From Lama guanicoe (taxonomy: Eukaryota): a DNA stretch of 25,857 bases. The position numbers and the translations under genes were made by a program. The DNA lies in assembly GCA_013239625.1 (NCBI GenBank), contig MU054098.1:806001-831857 (forward strand), written 5' to 3'. Under the pieces are notes generated by a model that worked only from the letters and a program-made list of their open reading frames with translations, was not told where the DNA came from and ran no database searches. Positions 1-11,123 of this stretch are shown here, piece by piece (position 1 is the stretch's first letter; each line of letters begins with the position of its first letter).

Positions 1-937
1 AAGAAATTTAGGGGCTGCCTAAATACCCATGTCTTCCCGTCTAGATATCAGGATGACCGCTGCTGAAGATTTTTCTCCTTTCACACATCAATAATTCATT
101 TCACACATAAAAGCAAAACATGCATACAAGAACTTTTTGAGAATCTTGGGTTGAGACCAGTTTTTCACAGTAGTGTTACAAATATAAATTTTTGCTTACT
201 CCTCTCCTGCTTCCATACATTAAAACAAGATTTAGGAAATATTAGAACCAAGACTAGTTTTCAAAACCAGAATCTTTCATTTAGATAATCAGAGCTACAT
301 ATGAATGTAAAATATGAAAAAGTTTATAAATAAGAGAAACCAGTAGTATGGCCTGAGTTACACAATCCTGAAGACTCAAGCTATTTTCATGTAGCGTTTT
401 GTCCTAAATACACCTAACTCTCTTATTACATGAGGGAGTCTTCCTTGGCATTTCTTGATGAATAAAATGTCAATCGAAAGTCTTAGAAAATTCACACATC
501 CATCCAGAAGCATACATATATTACTTGTCAAGTTTGAGAATTAACTAATGACAGCCATTGTGGTGAATTTAGTTTATTCTAAGAGACTGCTACTCTGGAT
601 AGGATACGCCTTGAGAGTCTGGACCATTGTTGGTGTTTCCGTTTCAGACTACATCTATCCTCACCTTTATCTATGAAAGTAATTATGTAAGCTAGTGCAT
701 TAAGTAAAACCCATTGTCTTCTTGTGGATATAGGGATTTTGTGGTGGTTATTTGTGGTTAACATAAGGAAATATTCTATTTACAATTTTAGATGATAAAA
801 ATTGAGAGGAAAAAGTATTCAAATAATGGAAAGGGTTTAGCAATGTTGTATTGTACCTTACTGGTTTGCTACCGGTTTGCTTAACACTTAACAAGAACGT
901 CTTTTAAGGCGCTCTCAGGACTTCCATTACAACATTC

Positions 938-2170
938 GTGCTTTGGTAGAGATGGAATGTTTGACTATGGGACATAACTCTGCCATTATTTAGGTATGCA
1001 CATGGAGCTTTCCATTATTAAAAATGATAATAGTTGATTCACCAAGCCACGAAGTTAGGTATGCACACCAGTCTTCCAACATCAGTGGAAGTGAAATATG
1101 TAGTCACTTTCAAGTTGGTCCTCAAATCACAAATAGTTTGCAGAAGTAGGTTACTTTCATTCCAATAGCACTTACTCTTCCTGGCTGCCACTTCTCCCTC
1201 AATCCATTCCTATGCCCTCATGAGGAGATCGCCATGATCATCTGGCCTAAGAGGGAAAAAAACCCTCACTTTTGATTTATAGAAGGTTCTGCTGTCAGAC
1301 AGTATGTTATCACAAGACAGAAGTGGATTACTGTCATGTTACAGCCCCACTCAGAGGGTATCCCCAAAGGGTAATGGGAAAGGACTATTCGCCATGTAGG
1401 CAGAGCTCCAAGCTCCAGTTTTTATCTAGAGGTCAGTTTGCCTGAAGGGCAAAATGGCCTAAAGAATGGATCTACACTAACCCATGGACAATAGCTGTTA
1501 GAATGACCAGACGGTCATGGGCTTAACAGGAACAAGGTTAAAGGATTGATAATAAGAGGTTTAGGAAAGAGAAATTTGGATGGACCTCTCAGAATGGTCT
1601 GAAGTGTGTGTATATTTGTGTCTTGTATGAATTCTTCCTAAAAGGCACTTACTGCAGAGGTGGTCTTCAACAATCAAGCAGACAAAATGGCCCATGTAGT
1701 AGATGTCAGTCAACTTCTATCTCTAGCAATCGTGACGTTATTCAAAAGAACCCATGAAAAAATGGTTCTGGCAGCGGGGATGGAGATTATGCATGTGCTC
1801 AGCTATATAGACTTTCCCTCCCCAAGATATTTGTATCATCACTGTGTGTTCACAGTCAGGCTATAGCAGTGATCAATCCTGAGCCCCCTCTGTACCTTGG
1901 AGGATCTGTCAGCTACCCTCCATTATTGGGGGGGGGGTGGTTGTAGACAGAGGGGTGTCTTCATTGAAAGATATTTTGGATATGGATTTTCCTTCAGTGT
2001 TAGCCATGCTTCTGCCAGCATCACTGTCCATGAGCTTAGTGCATACCATGGTCACTATCATGATTTGCCATACAACATTGCTTCTGAATGAGGCATGATT
2101 TTATGGTGAAAGCATCTGTGCCAATGGGCTAATATTCCCAAGATCCCCTCCTTCTATCTTATCACTCAGA
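938..2170 (+). mobile_element. Degenerate ERV-L (class III endogenous retrovirus) internal pol fragment: connection/RNase H to integrase, with many stops and frameshifts
   Basis: Translated pieces match recalled HERV-L/ERVL Pol in the correct order: ALVEMECLTMGH (~940; cf. ALVETERLTMGH), *FIEGSA (~1273; cf. WFTDGSA), *AELQA (~1397; cf. WAELRA), KWPKEWIYTNPWTIA (~1452; cf. KWPDVRLYTDSWAVA), WMDLSEW (~1577), FNNQADKMAHVVDVSQLLS (ORF 1660; cf. FNNQVDRMTRSVDTSQPLS), YFGYGFSFSVSHASASITVHEL...LPYNIASE*G (ORF 1897; cf. YSGYGFAFPARNASAKTTIRGL...IPHSIASDQG). Confidence 0.9.
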
Positions 2171-2174
2171 ATGT

Positions 2175-2390
2175 TATTCTCAAATCTCTGTCTCTAGCTC
2201 CAGTTCTAGTTTTCACACCCACTTTCCATTTTCCTATCTTTATGTTTTGGCACCCGTGTTTCCATCTGCCTTCCCTATCTTTATTCCTTATCAAATTTGC
2301 TACATCTTTTGAGACCCACCCCAAGCGTCACACTTGCTTCTTTGATTCCTTGTATCCAATAGGTACTCAGTAAATATTTATTAAATTTAA
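2175..2390 (+). mobile_element. LINE-2 3' fragment (highly diverged)
   Basis: 'catcttttgagacccaccccaagcgtcaca' and terminal 'taggtactcagtaaatatttattaaat' resemble the L2 3' end (gtaggcactcaataaatatttgttgaat). Confidence 0.55.
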
Positions 2391-4049
2391 CTGTGTCAAT
2401 AACAAAGAGCTTTGTAATAATGCATAGATCAGTAAGAAGTGAAAGAAGACAACAAAATGTCGCCTTAGTGTAAATAGTTAGTTCAACTAATATGTATTAT
2501 ATGGATATATATATATAAAATAATCTGGAAAAGAGATGGCCACTCTTTCTTGATTTCATTCACCAAAAATTGTAGGGAAGCATGAAGAAGTGGTAATAGA
2601 AGCCTTTCTTTATTAAAATGACTAAGAAAATATGTGCAGAAGGCATTTGAGAACAGTTTTTTTCCAATCTGCAGACAATGCCATGGAGTTGAAAGGATGT
2701 ATTTTATTCCAAAATTTGAGTCAAAATATCTACTCCGTGAATATTCAGAAAGCATATGTCTATTCCCTTGGTCATACGAGAAGTTTAATAGACAATGTGC
2801 AGGTTCTACGTTCCAGCAAAATTAGAGTTAGAAGGATTTTTGTTTCTGTTTCCATTATCTAGGGCTGGAAATCGAGGATGTGATATAGAATAAATGAACT
2901 CTCTTACTACTTTGGCCTTTGATTTCTGATATCTTAATCATTTCTTCTGTGAATCACCCGGGTTCACAAAAACTTAAGGATACATGTTTTTGTTCTTGAA
3001 TTGAACGCAAGTAGAAAGCTTTGAACATCAGAACTTAGTCAAAAATAAAAACTTAAGCTGTCTATAGAATAAAAACCATAGGCTTATGCGTAGTACACAT
3101 TACAATGACAGCTTTCTTCAAATATGTCAAAACTCACTCATACTCTCTTTGCTTTATGGAGTATCTGAAAGCAACTTGATTCAGTCACATGAAATTTGCC
3201 CAACCAGTATACAGCTTCAGCTTAGCAGAAAGTGAATCCCTTCTAAATATATAAGCATGACTATTAGATATTATTTGATGAATTGGGAAATATGAATGGT
3301 GTTTAGCTCTATCATAGATGCGTTTCAGCTGAATGGCCTATGGAAAGAATATGTCTGAAGTTAGTTTCGAGGTGCTGATGAAGCATTCATTAGACCGGGT
3401 AAATGACATTCAGTTTCCATAGAATTGTAAAAAAGAAAATCATGATCCAGAGGCGATCACCCACATTTATGATTCATATCGTTTCCTAAATGTAGGATTT
3501 TGTTTAAGCAGAAGGGCAGAAAAATAACGATGTAATGTACATTTGCTACTTAGCTGCAAGGGGATGGACATTTTCAAGACATTTCAACTTTGTTGGCCTC
3601 TCAGCCAGATTAGTTAGTGAATGATTTGCACTGTTCTTATTATCCGTAAACTGACTGGCACAAACACATATTGCATTAGCTGAGATTCCTCATTGACATC
3701 TATTGCATTAAATGGGAAATAATTGCTTCTGTATATAGGTTGGAGTAAAAGTGTTCTGGGGAAAATTTGTTTCTATTTGTGCTATCAACCAGAAAGTGTA
3801 ACTGAATCAGATACTCATTTGAAAGGTTTTATTGAGCAAGCTGAGATTCAAATCACTGTCTTAAAAGTTATCTCGGATTTAACATTAATTTTTTAATGGT
3901 GCTTACTTTTTTGGCTATAATGCTTCATCGTTATTATATGCCTAGGATGAACTTTTCTTATGCATATGGTACAATGAGAAATGTAATGAAGATTCAGTAC
4001 CATAAAAAATGCTTTAAGGAAAAGTAGGGTATGCACATTTTATTAACCA

Positions 4050-4366
4050 TATTGTTGGTCCAGATAGCCTAAATTTAGGATAGTGGGTTGGATTTTCACA
4101 TGGCCAGTTGTAAGCTTATCTGTGCCTGTTCAGTTCACTATTTAGATCATAGGACTAGTGAAATATCATGGTTTTAATTTCTACCTTTCTCTTTCATCAT
4201 TCTTTATCACCATTATTAATTTGAAACTCTGGCCACCTCCCTTAAAAGGAGGTAACAAGGACAACTGAGCAAAAAATTTTGGTAAGATAAGTACAAATCA
4301 TTTACTGCTCCTGGAAAATAGGTCCAAGGGCATACCCAAAAAGAATGGGTCGCTGGCGTTTACTTT
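4050..4366 (+). mobile_element. MamSINE1-like ancient tRNA-derived SINE relic
   Basis: There is a decayed tRNA B-box-like 'gtgggttggattttcacatggccagtt'. It is followed by 'aactctggccacc', 'agtacaaatcatttactgctcctggaaaa' and 'gggcataccc...tgggtcgctggcgt', collinear with the recalled MamSINE1 body. Judged by eye. Confidence 0.5.
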
Positions 4367-5639
4367 GTGTCTTAGGTATGAGAAAGAACAGTATTAGGTG
4401 ACATCATAGATGCACAACTTCTCTTTATCAGGTTTCTAGAATTTAAAAATAAATTACACTTTGCCATTTATTTTTCATTTCAATCTTTTAAAAAGTATAA
4501 TCACTTCCCTTCATCTTTTTCCCCTTCGCTTATTTTTATGCTTCTGGTGCTTGATACAGTTTCTCTGATAAATTTGACACAAAGCTTCGTGATTTGCTCT
4601 CATGATTTTTCCTCATTCTCTTGCAATTGCTTAACACTTTAAATGCTGTTAGGCTGCTTCATTATATATTTTGTCATTTTCTGCTTCAAAATTTTCTGAA
4701 CGTTTTAGGGATTAGAATCCATGTTCTCTGGGGGAGGATAAGAGACCTCAGTTTAAGAGCTTCCTGGGAAGGCAGAACCTGAGTCCCTCATCACAGGTTT
4801 TTCCATAAAGGGCCTACACCCCTACCTGTCTAAGGCTAGTCCAGTTCTCCCTAGCTGTCCTACCTCTTTCTCTACTTTGTCGCTTCTCTTTGCCACATCC
4901 CCAAATTTACCTCAGTCCCTGCCTGTCCCTTCCTCTGTTCAAAATTCTCAGAGACATATTTGATTTTTACTAACACCTTTGTAACTGCTTTTGTGAGAAT
5001 TTAATAACTTTTCATGCCCTAACTGACTGCTAGATTATTTTTCTCTCAGGATTTGCTGTCTCTCACAAAGACACATGCCTGTGGAACAGTGAATTTCGAC
5101 AAAATGTTATGGTAGTAAAATCAAAAGAAGTTAAGATTCTGAAATGACTTCTCACCCCCCAAATTAGTTGTTAGTGTGACACCAAACATGGCATATTTGC
5201 TCCTAATAAGAACAAATTTGCATTCTGGGTTGTTATATTTCAACAAATGTTTGTGTGTGTCAAAAAAAGGCACTGATTTAAAAACAAAACCTATGCACTG
5301 TCAACTCACTAGATGCACAGAGCCAATTAAAATGACTTTTACAAGTGTCTGTAAAATGTGTACCTGTTATTCTTCCCATGTGCATAGAAGGATGAGAATA
5401 TGGATTTTTAGCCAAATTAAAATAGGATATATGAGTGGCACAGTAGTGGTGGTTTGGGAATGAGTCGAAAAAGGAATTAACGTAGCAGCACATGGTTATT
5501 GGATACTCAGAATTAAAACTTATCATTAAATACCAGTTGAATATATTTGAAGTGTTCCATCATCGTCTCAGATAAAAGGAGTGAAGAGTTCAATGGCTTA
5601 TAAAAATTTTATTAGAATTTAGTATATAATGATAAAATG

Positions 5640-5765
5640 CTAGTAGCAACAGCAGCAAGTATTTTGTGACCTGACATTCATACTGTGTGCTGAGACTCTT
5701 GTTCTAAACATTAGCTACAATTTTTTCCTAGGAGGCCCTTGATAACACTAACGAGGATGTAATTG
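5640..5765 (-). mobile_element. MIR fragment (duplicated at ~7799-7924)
   Basis: 'catactgtgtgctgagactcttgttctaaacatt...cccttgataacactaacgagg' resembles antisense MIR (tactatgtgccaggcactgttctaagcactt...cctcacaacaaccctatgagg). Confidence 0.4.
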
Positions 5766-6164
5766 TTTTAAAAGTAACTCAGCTCTATCTTTTCTCAAAT
5801 CCTAAATGTAAAATAATTTCTAAATTTAATATTCTTAAATATTATAATAGCTATCTTTGCTAATTTGTCATGTACCAACTATGGAGGTATAAAGGCAATC
5901 GTGGTGAAGTGATGAATGAAAATGCAAAGATCTAAGCAAAGATAAATAAACAACAGATTTTACAGATGCTAGAGAAGAAATGCATTGTCAATCAAATAAG
6001 TCTATACATTAGAAATTATGTTTAAAATTTTAGGGCATGTAAATAGCTCTTCAGTTATTTGTAAATCATAGAGTTCAGAAAGATTTGAATGATTTTAAGA
6101 AATCCTACATGCTACTCAGCATTTTACTTTATTTCTTGTATTCATCAGTCTGTTTTACTCTTTG

Positions 6165-6478
6165 GTTTTTTTGTTGAAATAGATTTACAATGTGTTAATT
6201 TCTGATATACAGCATAGTGATTTAGTTATACATATACACATATATAAATTCCTTTTCATATTCTTTTTCATTATAGGTTATTACAAGGTATTTAATATAG
6301 TTCCCTGTGCTATAAAGTAGGACCTTGTTGTTTATCTATTTTATATATAGTAGTGTGTATCTGCAAATCTCATACTCTCAGTTTACCCACCCGCTCCCAT
6401 TCTCTTTCCCCCCGGTAACCATAAATTTGTTTCCTATGTCTGTGAGTCCATCTCTGTTTTGTAAGTTCATTTGCATCC
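6165..6478 (-). mobile_element. 5'-truncated LINE-1 3' UTR, artiodactyl type (older copy)
   Basis: A T-run is followed by 'gatttacaatgtgttaatttctgatatacagcatagtgatttagttata...ttccctgtgctataaagtaggaccttgttgtttatctatttt...ggtaaccataaatttgtttcctatgtctgtgagtc', a typical antisense L1 3' end. Confidence 0.88.
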
Positions 6479-6774
6479 TTTTTTTAATTGACTTATAGTC
6501 AGTTTACAATGTTGTGCCAATTTCTGGTGTACAGCACAATTCTTCAGTCATACATGAATATACATATATTCATTTTCATATTCTTTTTCACTGTGAGCTA
6601 CTATAAGATATTGAATATATTCCCTTGTGCTATACAGTATAAACTTGTTTATCTATTTTATATATACCTGTCAGTATGTGCAAATTTCAAACTCCCAGTT
6701 TATCCCTTCCCACCCCCCTCTCCCATGGCAACCACAAGTCTGTATTCTATGTCTGTGAGTCTGTTTCTGTTTTA
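6479..6774 (-). mobile_element. 5'-truncated younger LINE-1 3' UTR inserted into the preceding L1, with a 17-bp TSD
   Basis: It is homologous to 6165-6478 along its length and flanked by the direct repeat catttgcatcctttttt at 6468-6484 and 6775-6791. Confidence 0.9.
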
Positions 6775-6839
6775 CATTTGCATCCTTTTTTCATTCTTTG
6801 AAATAGACAGTATTCTTTGGATAGTGTTTTTATTTCTCC

Positions 6840-7324
6840 CTTTTAAAAACCAGCTTTGCTGGGGTATAATTCACATGTCATATACTGCATCCATTTAAAC
6901 AGTACAAGTCAATGTTTTTTCCAGTATATTCACAAAGTCATGCAACCATTATCATAATCAATTTTAGAATCTTTTCATCACTGTAAAAAGAAACCCCATA
7001 CCCTTCAGCNNNNNNNNNNNNNNNNNNNNNNNNNNNNNNNNNNNNNNNNNNNNNNNNNNNNNNNNNNNNNNNNNNNNNNNNNNNNNNNNNNNNNNNNNNN
7101 NNNNNNNNNNNNNNNNNNNNNNNNNNNNNNNNNNNNNNNNNNNNNNNNNNNNNNNNNNNNNNNNNNNNNNNNNNNNNNNNNNNNNNNNNNNNNNNGGCTG
7201 AATATGATTATGTGATTATAGCATATTTTGTTTATGCATTGATCATTTGATGGACATTTAGTTTTTCACTTTTTGGCTCTTATAAATAATGTTGATATGA
7301 ACGTTTGTGTACAAGACAAGTTTA
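6840..7324 (-). mobile_element. L1MB-like old LINE-1 3' end (copy 1, interrupted by the gap and cut by the duplication junction)
   Basis: 'cagctttgctggggtataattcacatg...catccatttaaa...cagtatattcacaaagtcatgcaaccattatcataatcaattttagaatcttttcatcactgtaaaaagaaaccccataccc' is a typical antisense L1MB-type 3' terminus. Confidence 0.8.
7010..7195. other. Assembly gap (186 N)
   Basis: Run of N. The equivalent interval in copy 2 (9169-9361) is 193 bp. Confidence 1.
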
Positions 7325-8323
7325 AGTTGTTAGTGTGACACCAAACATGGCATATTTGCTCCTAATAAGAACAAATTTGCATTCTGGGTTGTTATATTTC
7401 AACAAATGTTTGTGTGTGTCAAAAAAAGGCACTGATTTAAAAACAAAACCTATGCACTGTCAACTCACTAGATGCACAGAGCCAATTAAAATGACTTTTA
7501 CAAGTGTCTGTAAAATGTGTACCTGTTATTCTTCCCATGTGCATAGAAGGATGAGAATATGGATTTTTAGCCAAATTAAAATAGGATATATGAGTGGCAC
7601 AGTAGTGGTGGTTTGGGAATGAGTCGAAAAAGGAATTAACGTAGCAGCACATGGTTATTGGATACTCAGAATTAAAACTTATCATTAAATACCAGTTGAA
7701 TATATTTGAAGTGTTCCATCATCGTCTCAGATAAAAGGAGTGAAGAGTTCAATGGCTTATAAAAATTTTATTAGAATTTAGTATATAATGATAAAATGCT
7801 AGTAGCAACAGCAGCAAGTATTTTGTGACCTGACATTCATACTGTGTGCTGAGACTCTTGTTCTAAACATTAGCTACAATTTTTTCCTAGGAGGCCCTTG
7901 ATAACACTAACGAGGATGTAATTGTTTTAAAAGTAACTCAGCTCTATCTTTTCTCAAATCCTAAATGTAAAATAATTTCTAAATTTAATATTCTTAAATA
8001 TTATAATAGCTATCTTTGCTAATTTGTCATGTACCAACTATGGAGGTATAAAGGCAATCGTGGTGAAGTGATGAATGAAAATGCAAAGATCTAAGCAAAG
8101 ATAAATAAACAACAGATTTTACAGATGCTAGAGAAGAAATGCATTGTCAATCAAATAAGTCTATACATTAGAAATTATGTTTAAAATTTTAGGGCATGTA
8201 AATAGCTCTTCAGTTATTTGTAAATCATAGAGTTCAGAAAGATTTGAATGATTTTAAGAAATCCTACATGCTACTCAGCATTTTACTTTATTTCTTGTAT
8301 TCATCAGTCTGTTTTACTCTTTG

Positions 8324-8637
8324 GTTTTTTTGTTGAAATAGATTTACAATGTGTTAATTTCTGATATACAGCATAGTGATTTAGTTATACATATACACAT
8401 ATATAAATTCCTTTTCATATTCTTTTTCATTATAGGTTATTACAAGGTATTTAATATAGTTCCCTGTGCTATAAAGTAGGACCTTGTTGTTTATCTATTT
8501 TATATATAGTAGTGTGTATCTGCAAATCTCATACTCTCAGTTTACCCACCCGCTCCCATTCTCTTTCCCCCCGGTAACCATAAATTTGTTTCCTATGTCT
8601 GTGAGTCCATCTCTGTTTTGTAAGTTCATTTGCATCC
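8324..8637 (-). mobile_element. LINE-1 3' UTR, older copy (duplicate of 6165-6478)
   Basis: Same sequence at offset +2159. Confidence 0.88.
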
Positions 8638-8933
8638 TTTTTTTAATTGACTTATAGTCAGTTTACAATGTTGTGCCAATTTCTGGTGTACAGCACAATT
8701 CTTCAGTCATACATGAATATACATATATTCATTTTCATATTCTTTTTCACTGTGAGCTACTATAAGATATTGAATATATTCCCTTGTGCTATACAGTATA
8801 AACTTGTTTATCTATTTTATATATACCTGTCAGTATGTGCAAATTTCAAACTCCCAGTTTATCCCTTCCCACCCCCCTCTCCCATGGCAACCACAAGTCT
8901 GTATTCTATGTCTGTGAGTCTGTTTCTGTTTTA
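8638..8933 (-). mobile_element. Younger nested LINE-1 3' UTR (duplicate of 6479-6774)
   Basis: Same sequence at offset +2159, with the TSD at 8627-8643 and 8934-8950. Confidence 0.9.
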
Positions 8934-8998
8934 CATTTGCATCCTTTTTTCATTCTTTGAAATAGACAGTATTCTTTGGATAGTGTTTTTATTTCTCC

Positions 8999-9920
8999 CT
9001 TTTAAAAACCAGCTTTGCTGGGGTATAATTCACATGTCATATACTGCATCCATTTAAACAGTACAAGTCAATGTTTTTTCCAGTATATTCACAAAGTCAT
9101 GCAACCATTATCATAATCAATTTTAGAATCTTTTCATCACTGTAAAAAGAAACCCCATACCCTTCAGCCATCATCCTGTCATCCCATTTATAAGTCATTC
9201 TCATATCAAAGCAATGGCTAAAGTAGTGTCTATCTACGTTTACCTATTTTGGACATCTAGTCAATATATTGTTTTTTGTGACTGACTTCTTGTACTTAGC
9301 ACGCTGTTTCATCAAGATTCATCTATTTTGCAGCACATATCAGAACTGCATTTCTTTTTATGGCTGAATATTATTTGATTATGTGATTATAGCATATTTT
9401 GTTTATGCATTGATCATTTGATGGACATTTAGTTTTTCACTTTTTGGCTCTTATAAATAATGTTGATATGAACGTTTGTGTACAAGTTTATGTGTGGAGG
9501 TATGTTTTCATTTCTCTTGGGTGCATACCTAGGAGTGGAATTGATGGGTTATATGATATCTCTGTTTAATCTTATAAGAATGGCCAGACTGCTTTCCAAT
9601 ACGGTTGCCTCATTTTGTTTCCCATCAGTCCTCCATATTCTCTTCAACACTCATTATTTTTCTTTTTTTTTTTTAACTATAGACATCCTCATGTCTCTGA
9701 AGTGGTATCAATATTGTGGTTTTGATTTGCCTACCCTGATGACTAATGATGTTGAGCATCTTTTCATGTAATTATTGGTCTTTTCTATATTTTCTTTGGA
9801 TAAACATCTATTCATTTCTTTTATCCATTTTTAAGTTGGTTACTTGTGTTTTTATTTTTGAATTGAAATAATTCTTTATATATTATGGATAGTAGACCCC
9901 CATCAGATATATGATTTGTT
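8999..9920 (-). mobile_element. L1MB-like old LINE-1 3' region (3' UTR and end of ORF2)
   Basis: Antisense L1 hallmarks: 'tttctttttatggctgaata', 'gatggacatttagttt', 'atacctaggagtggaattgatgggttatatg', 'tgtggttttgatttgc...ctgatgactaatgatgttgagcatcttttcatgt', 'atcagatatatgatttg'. Confidence 0.88.
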
Positions 9921-10077
9921 AAGACCCATTTCCTCCTAAACTGTTGAGAAGTACAAATGAAACTCCTTCCATAAACGTTAACCCCTCATTGCAGGTGGCA
10001 CTAGCACCCAGCCTGGCATTTGGCTGCTTCCTGTGTAAGTCACAAGTAGACACTATTGACTTCTAAACATACACTAG

Positions 10078-11123
10078 GGAGTTTTCTTTATTATAGATTC
10101 TATTTCACTTCTAGTAATTAGTCTGTTCAAATTATCCATTTTTCTTGATTCAGTTTTGGTGGACTGTATGTTTCTAGAAACTTGTCCATTTTTTCCAGGT
10201 TGTCCAATTTGTTGGCATATAATTGTTCATAGTATCTCTTTTTTTTTGTATTTCTGTGTTATCAGTTGTGATTTCTCCTCTTTCATTTCTTGTTTTGTTT
10301 ATTTGTGTCCCCTCTCTTTTCTTCTTGGTGAGCCTGGCCAGAGGTTTGCCGATTTTTTTTTATTCTTTCAAAAAAACGAGCCCTTGATTTTATTGATTTT
10401 TCTCTACTGTTTTTTTCTCTATTTTATTTATTTCCTCCCTGATCTTTATTATTTCATTCCTTGTGCTGACTTTGTTTTCTTTGTTGTTCCTTTTCTAATT
10501 CTCTTAGGTGGTAGGTTAGGTTGTTTATTTAAGATTTTTCTTGTTTTTTGAGGAAATCCTGTATTGCTATGACCTTCTCTCTTAGGACTGCTTTTACTGT
10601 ATCCCATAGATTTTGTGTGGTTGTGTTTTCATTGTCATTTGTCTCAAGTTATATTTTAATTTTCTCTTTGATTTAATTGTTGACCTGTTGGTTTTTTAGT
10701 AGCATGCTGTTTAGTTCACATGTTCATTTTTTTCTCATTTCCCTTTCTGTGGTTGATTTCTAGTTTTATGTCGTTGTGGTCAGAAAAGATGCTTGAAATA
10801 ATTTCTATCCTGCTACTACTTGTTTTGTGTTTGAATTTGTGACTTATCCTAGAGAATGTTCCATGTGCACTTGAAAAGAATGTATATTCAGGTTTTTTTT
10901 TGATGTAATGTCCTAAAAATATCAATTAACTCCAATTGTTCTATTGTGTCATTTAGTATCTCCATTGTCTTATTGATTTTCTATCTGAAAGATCTGTCCA
11001 TTGATGTTAGTGGGGTGTTAAAGTCTCCTACTATGATTATGGCCTTTGTTTCAAAGTCTATTTTGTCTGATATGGGTATTGCTACTCCCACTTTCTTGCT
11101 ATTTCCATTTGCATGAAATATCT
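10078..11123 (-). mobile_element. Internal LINE-1 ORF2 fragment (C-terminal half of the APE endonuclease plus the downstream linker), no 3' UTR
   Basis: Minus-strand ORF 10716-10925 reads EYTFFSSAHGTFSRISH...IEIISSIFSDHNDIKLEINHRK (L1 EN motifs YTFFS..HGTFSRIDH and SDHN). Antisense 'agtggggtgttaaagtctcctactat' encodes the VGDFNTPL motif. It is flanked by a 14-bp near-direct repeat. Confidence 0.95.

Larger units (their letters stand above)
5166..7324. repeat. Tandem duplication, copy 1 (2159 bp including the 186-N gap)
   Basis: 5166-7009 matches 7325-9168 at a constant offset of 2159, and three ORF translations in the track are identical between the copies. 7196-7324 matches 9362-9490 apart from two 5-bp indels. 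Confidence 0.97.
7325..9490. repeat. Tandem duplication, copy 2 (2166 bp, gap-free)
   Basis: See copy 1. It continues seamlessly into the rest of the L1MB-like element after 9490. Confidence 0.97.

Noticed and set aside
4700..4965. Pyrimidine-rich segment faintly resembling an old MLT1 LTR
   Set aside because: The similarity is too weak to assign by eye.
5176..5526. Overlapping ORFs of 95 and 82 aa, repeated at 7335-7685, which look like a duplicated gene
   Set aside because: They recur only because of the tandem duplication. They have no recognisable domain or splice structure, and the + ORF starts at GTG.
6488..6898. 136-aa hydrophobic ORF (also 8647-9057) resembling a membrane protein
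   Set aside because: It is an antisense reading of the T-rich L1 3' UTR.
10156..10551. 131-aa Phe/Leu-rich ORF
   Set aside because: It is the antisense frame of L1 ORF2.
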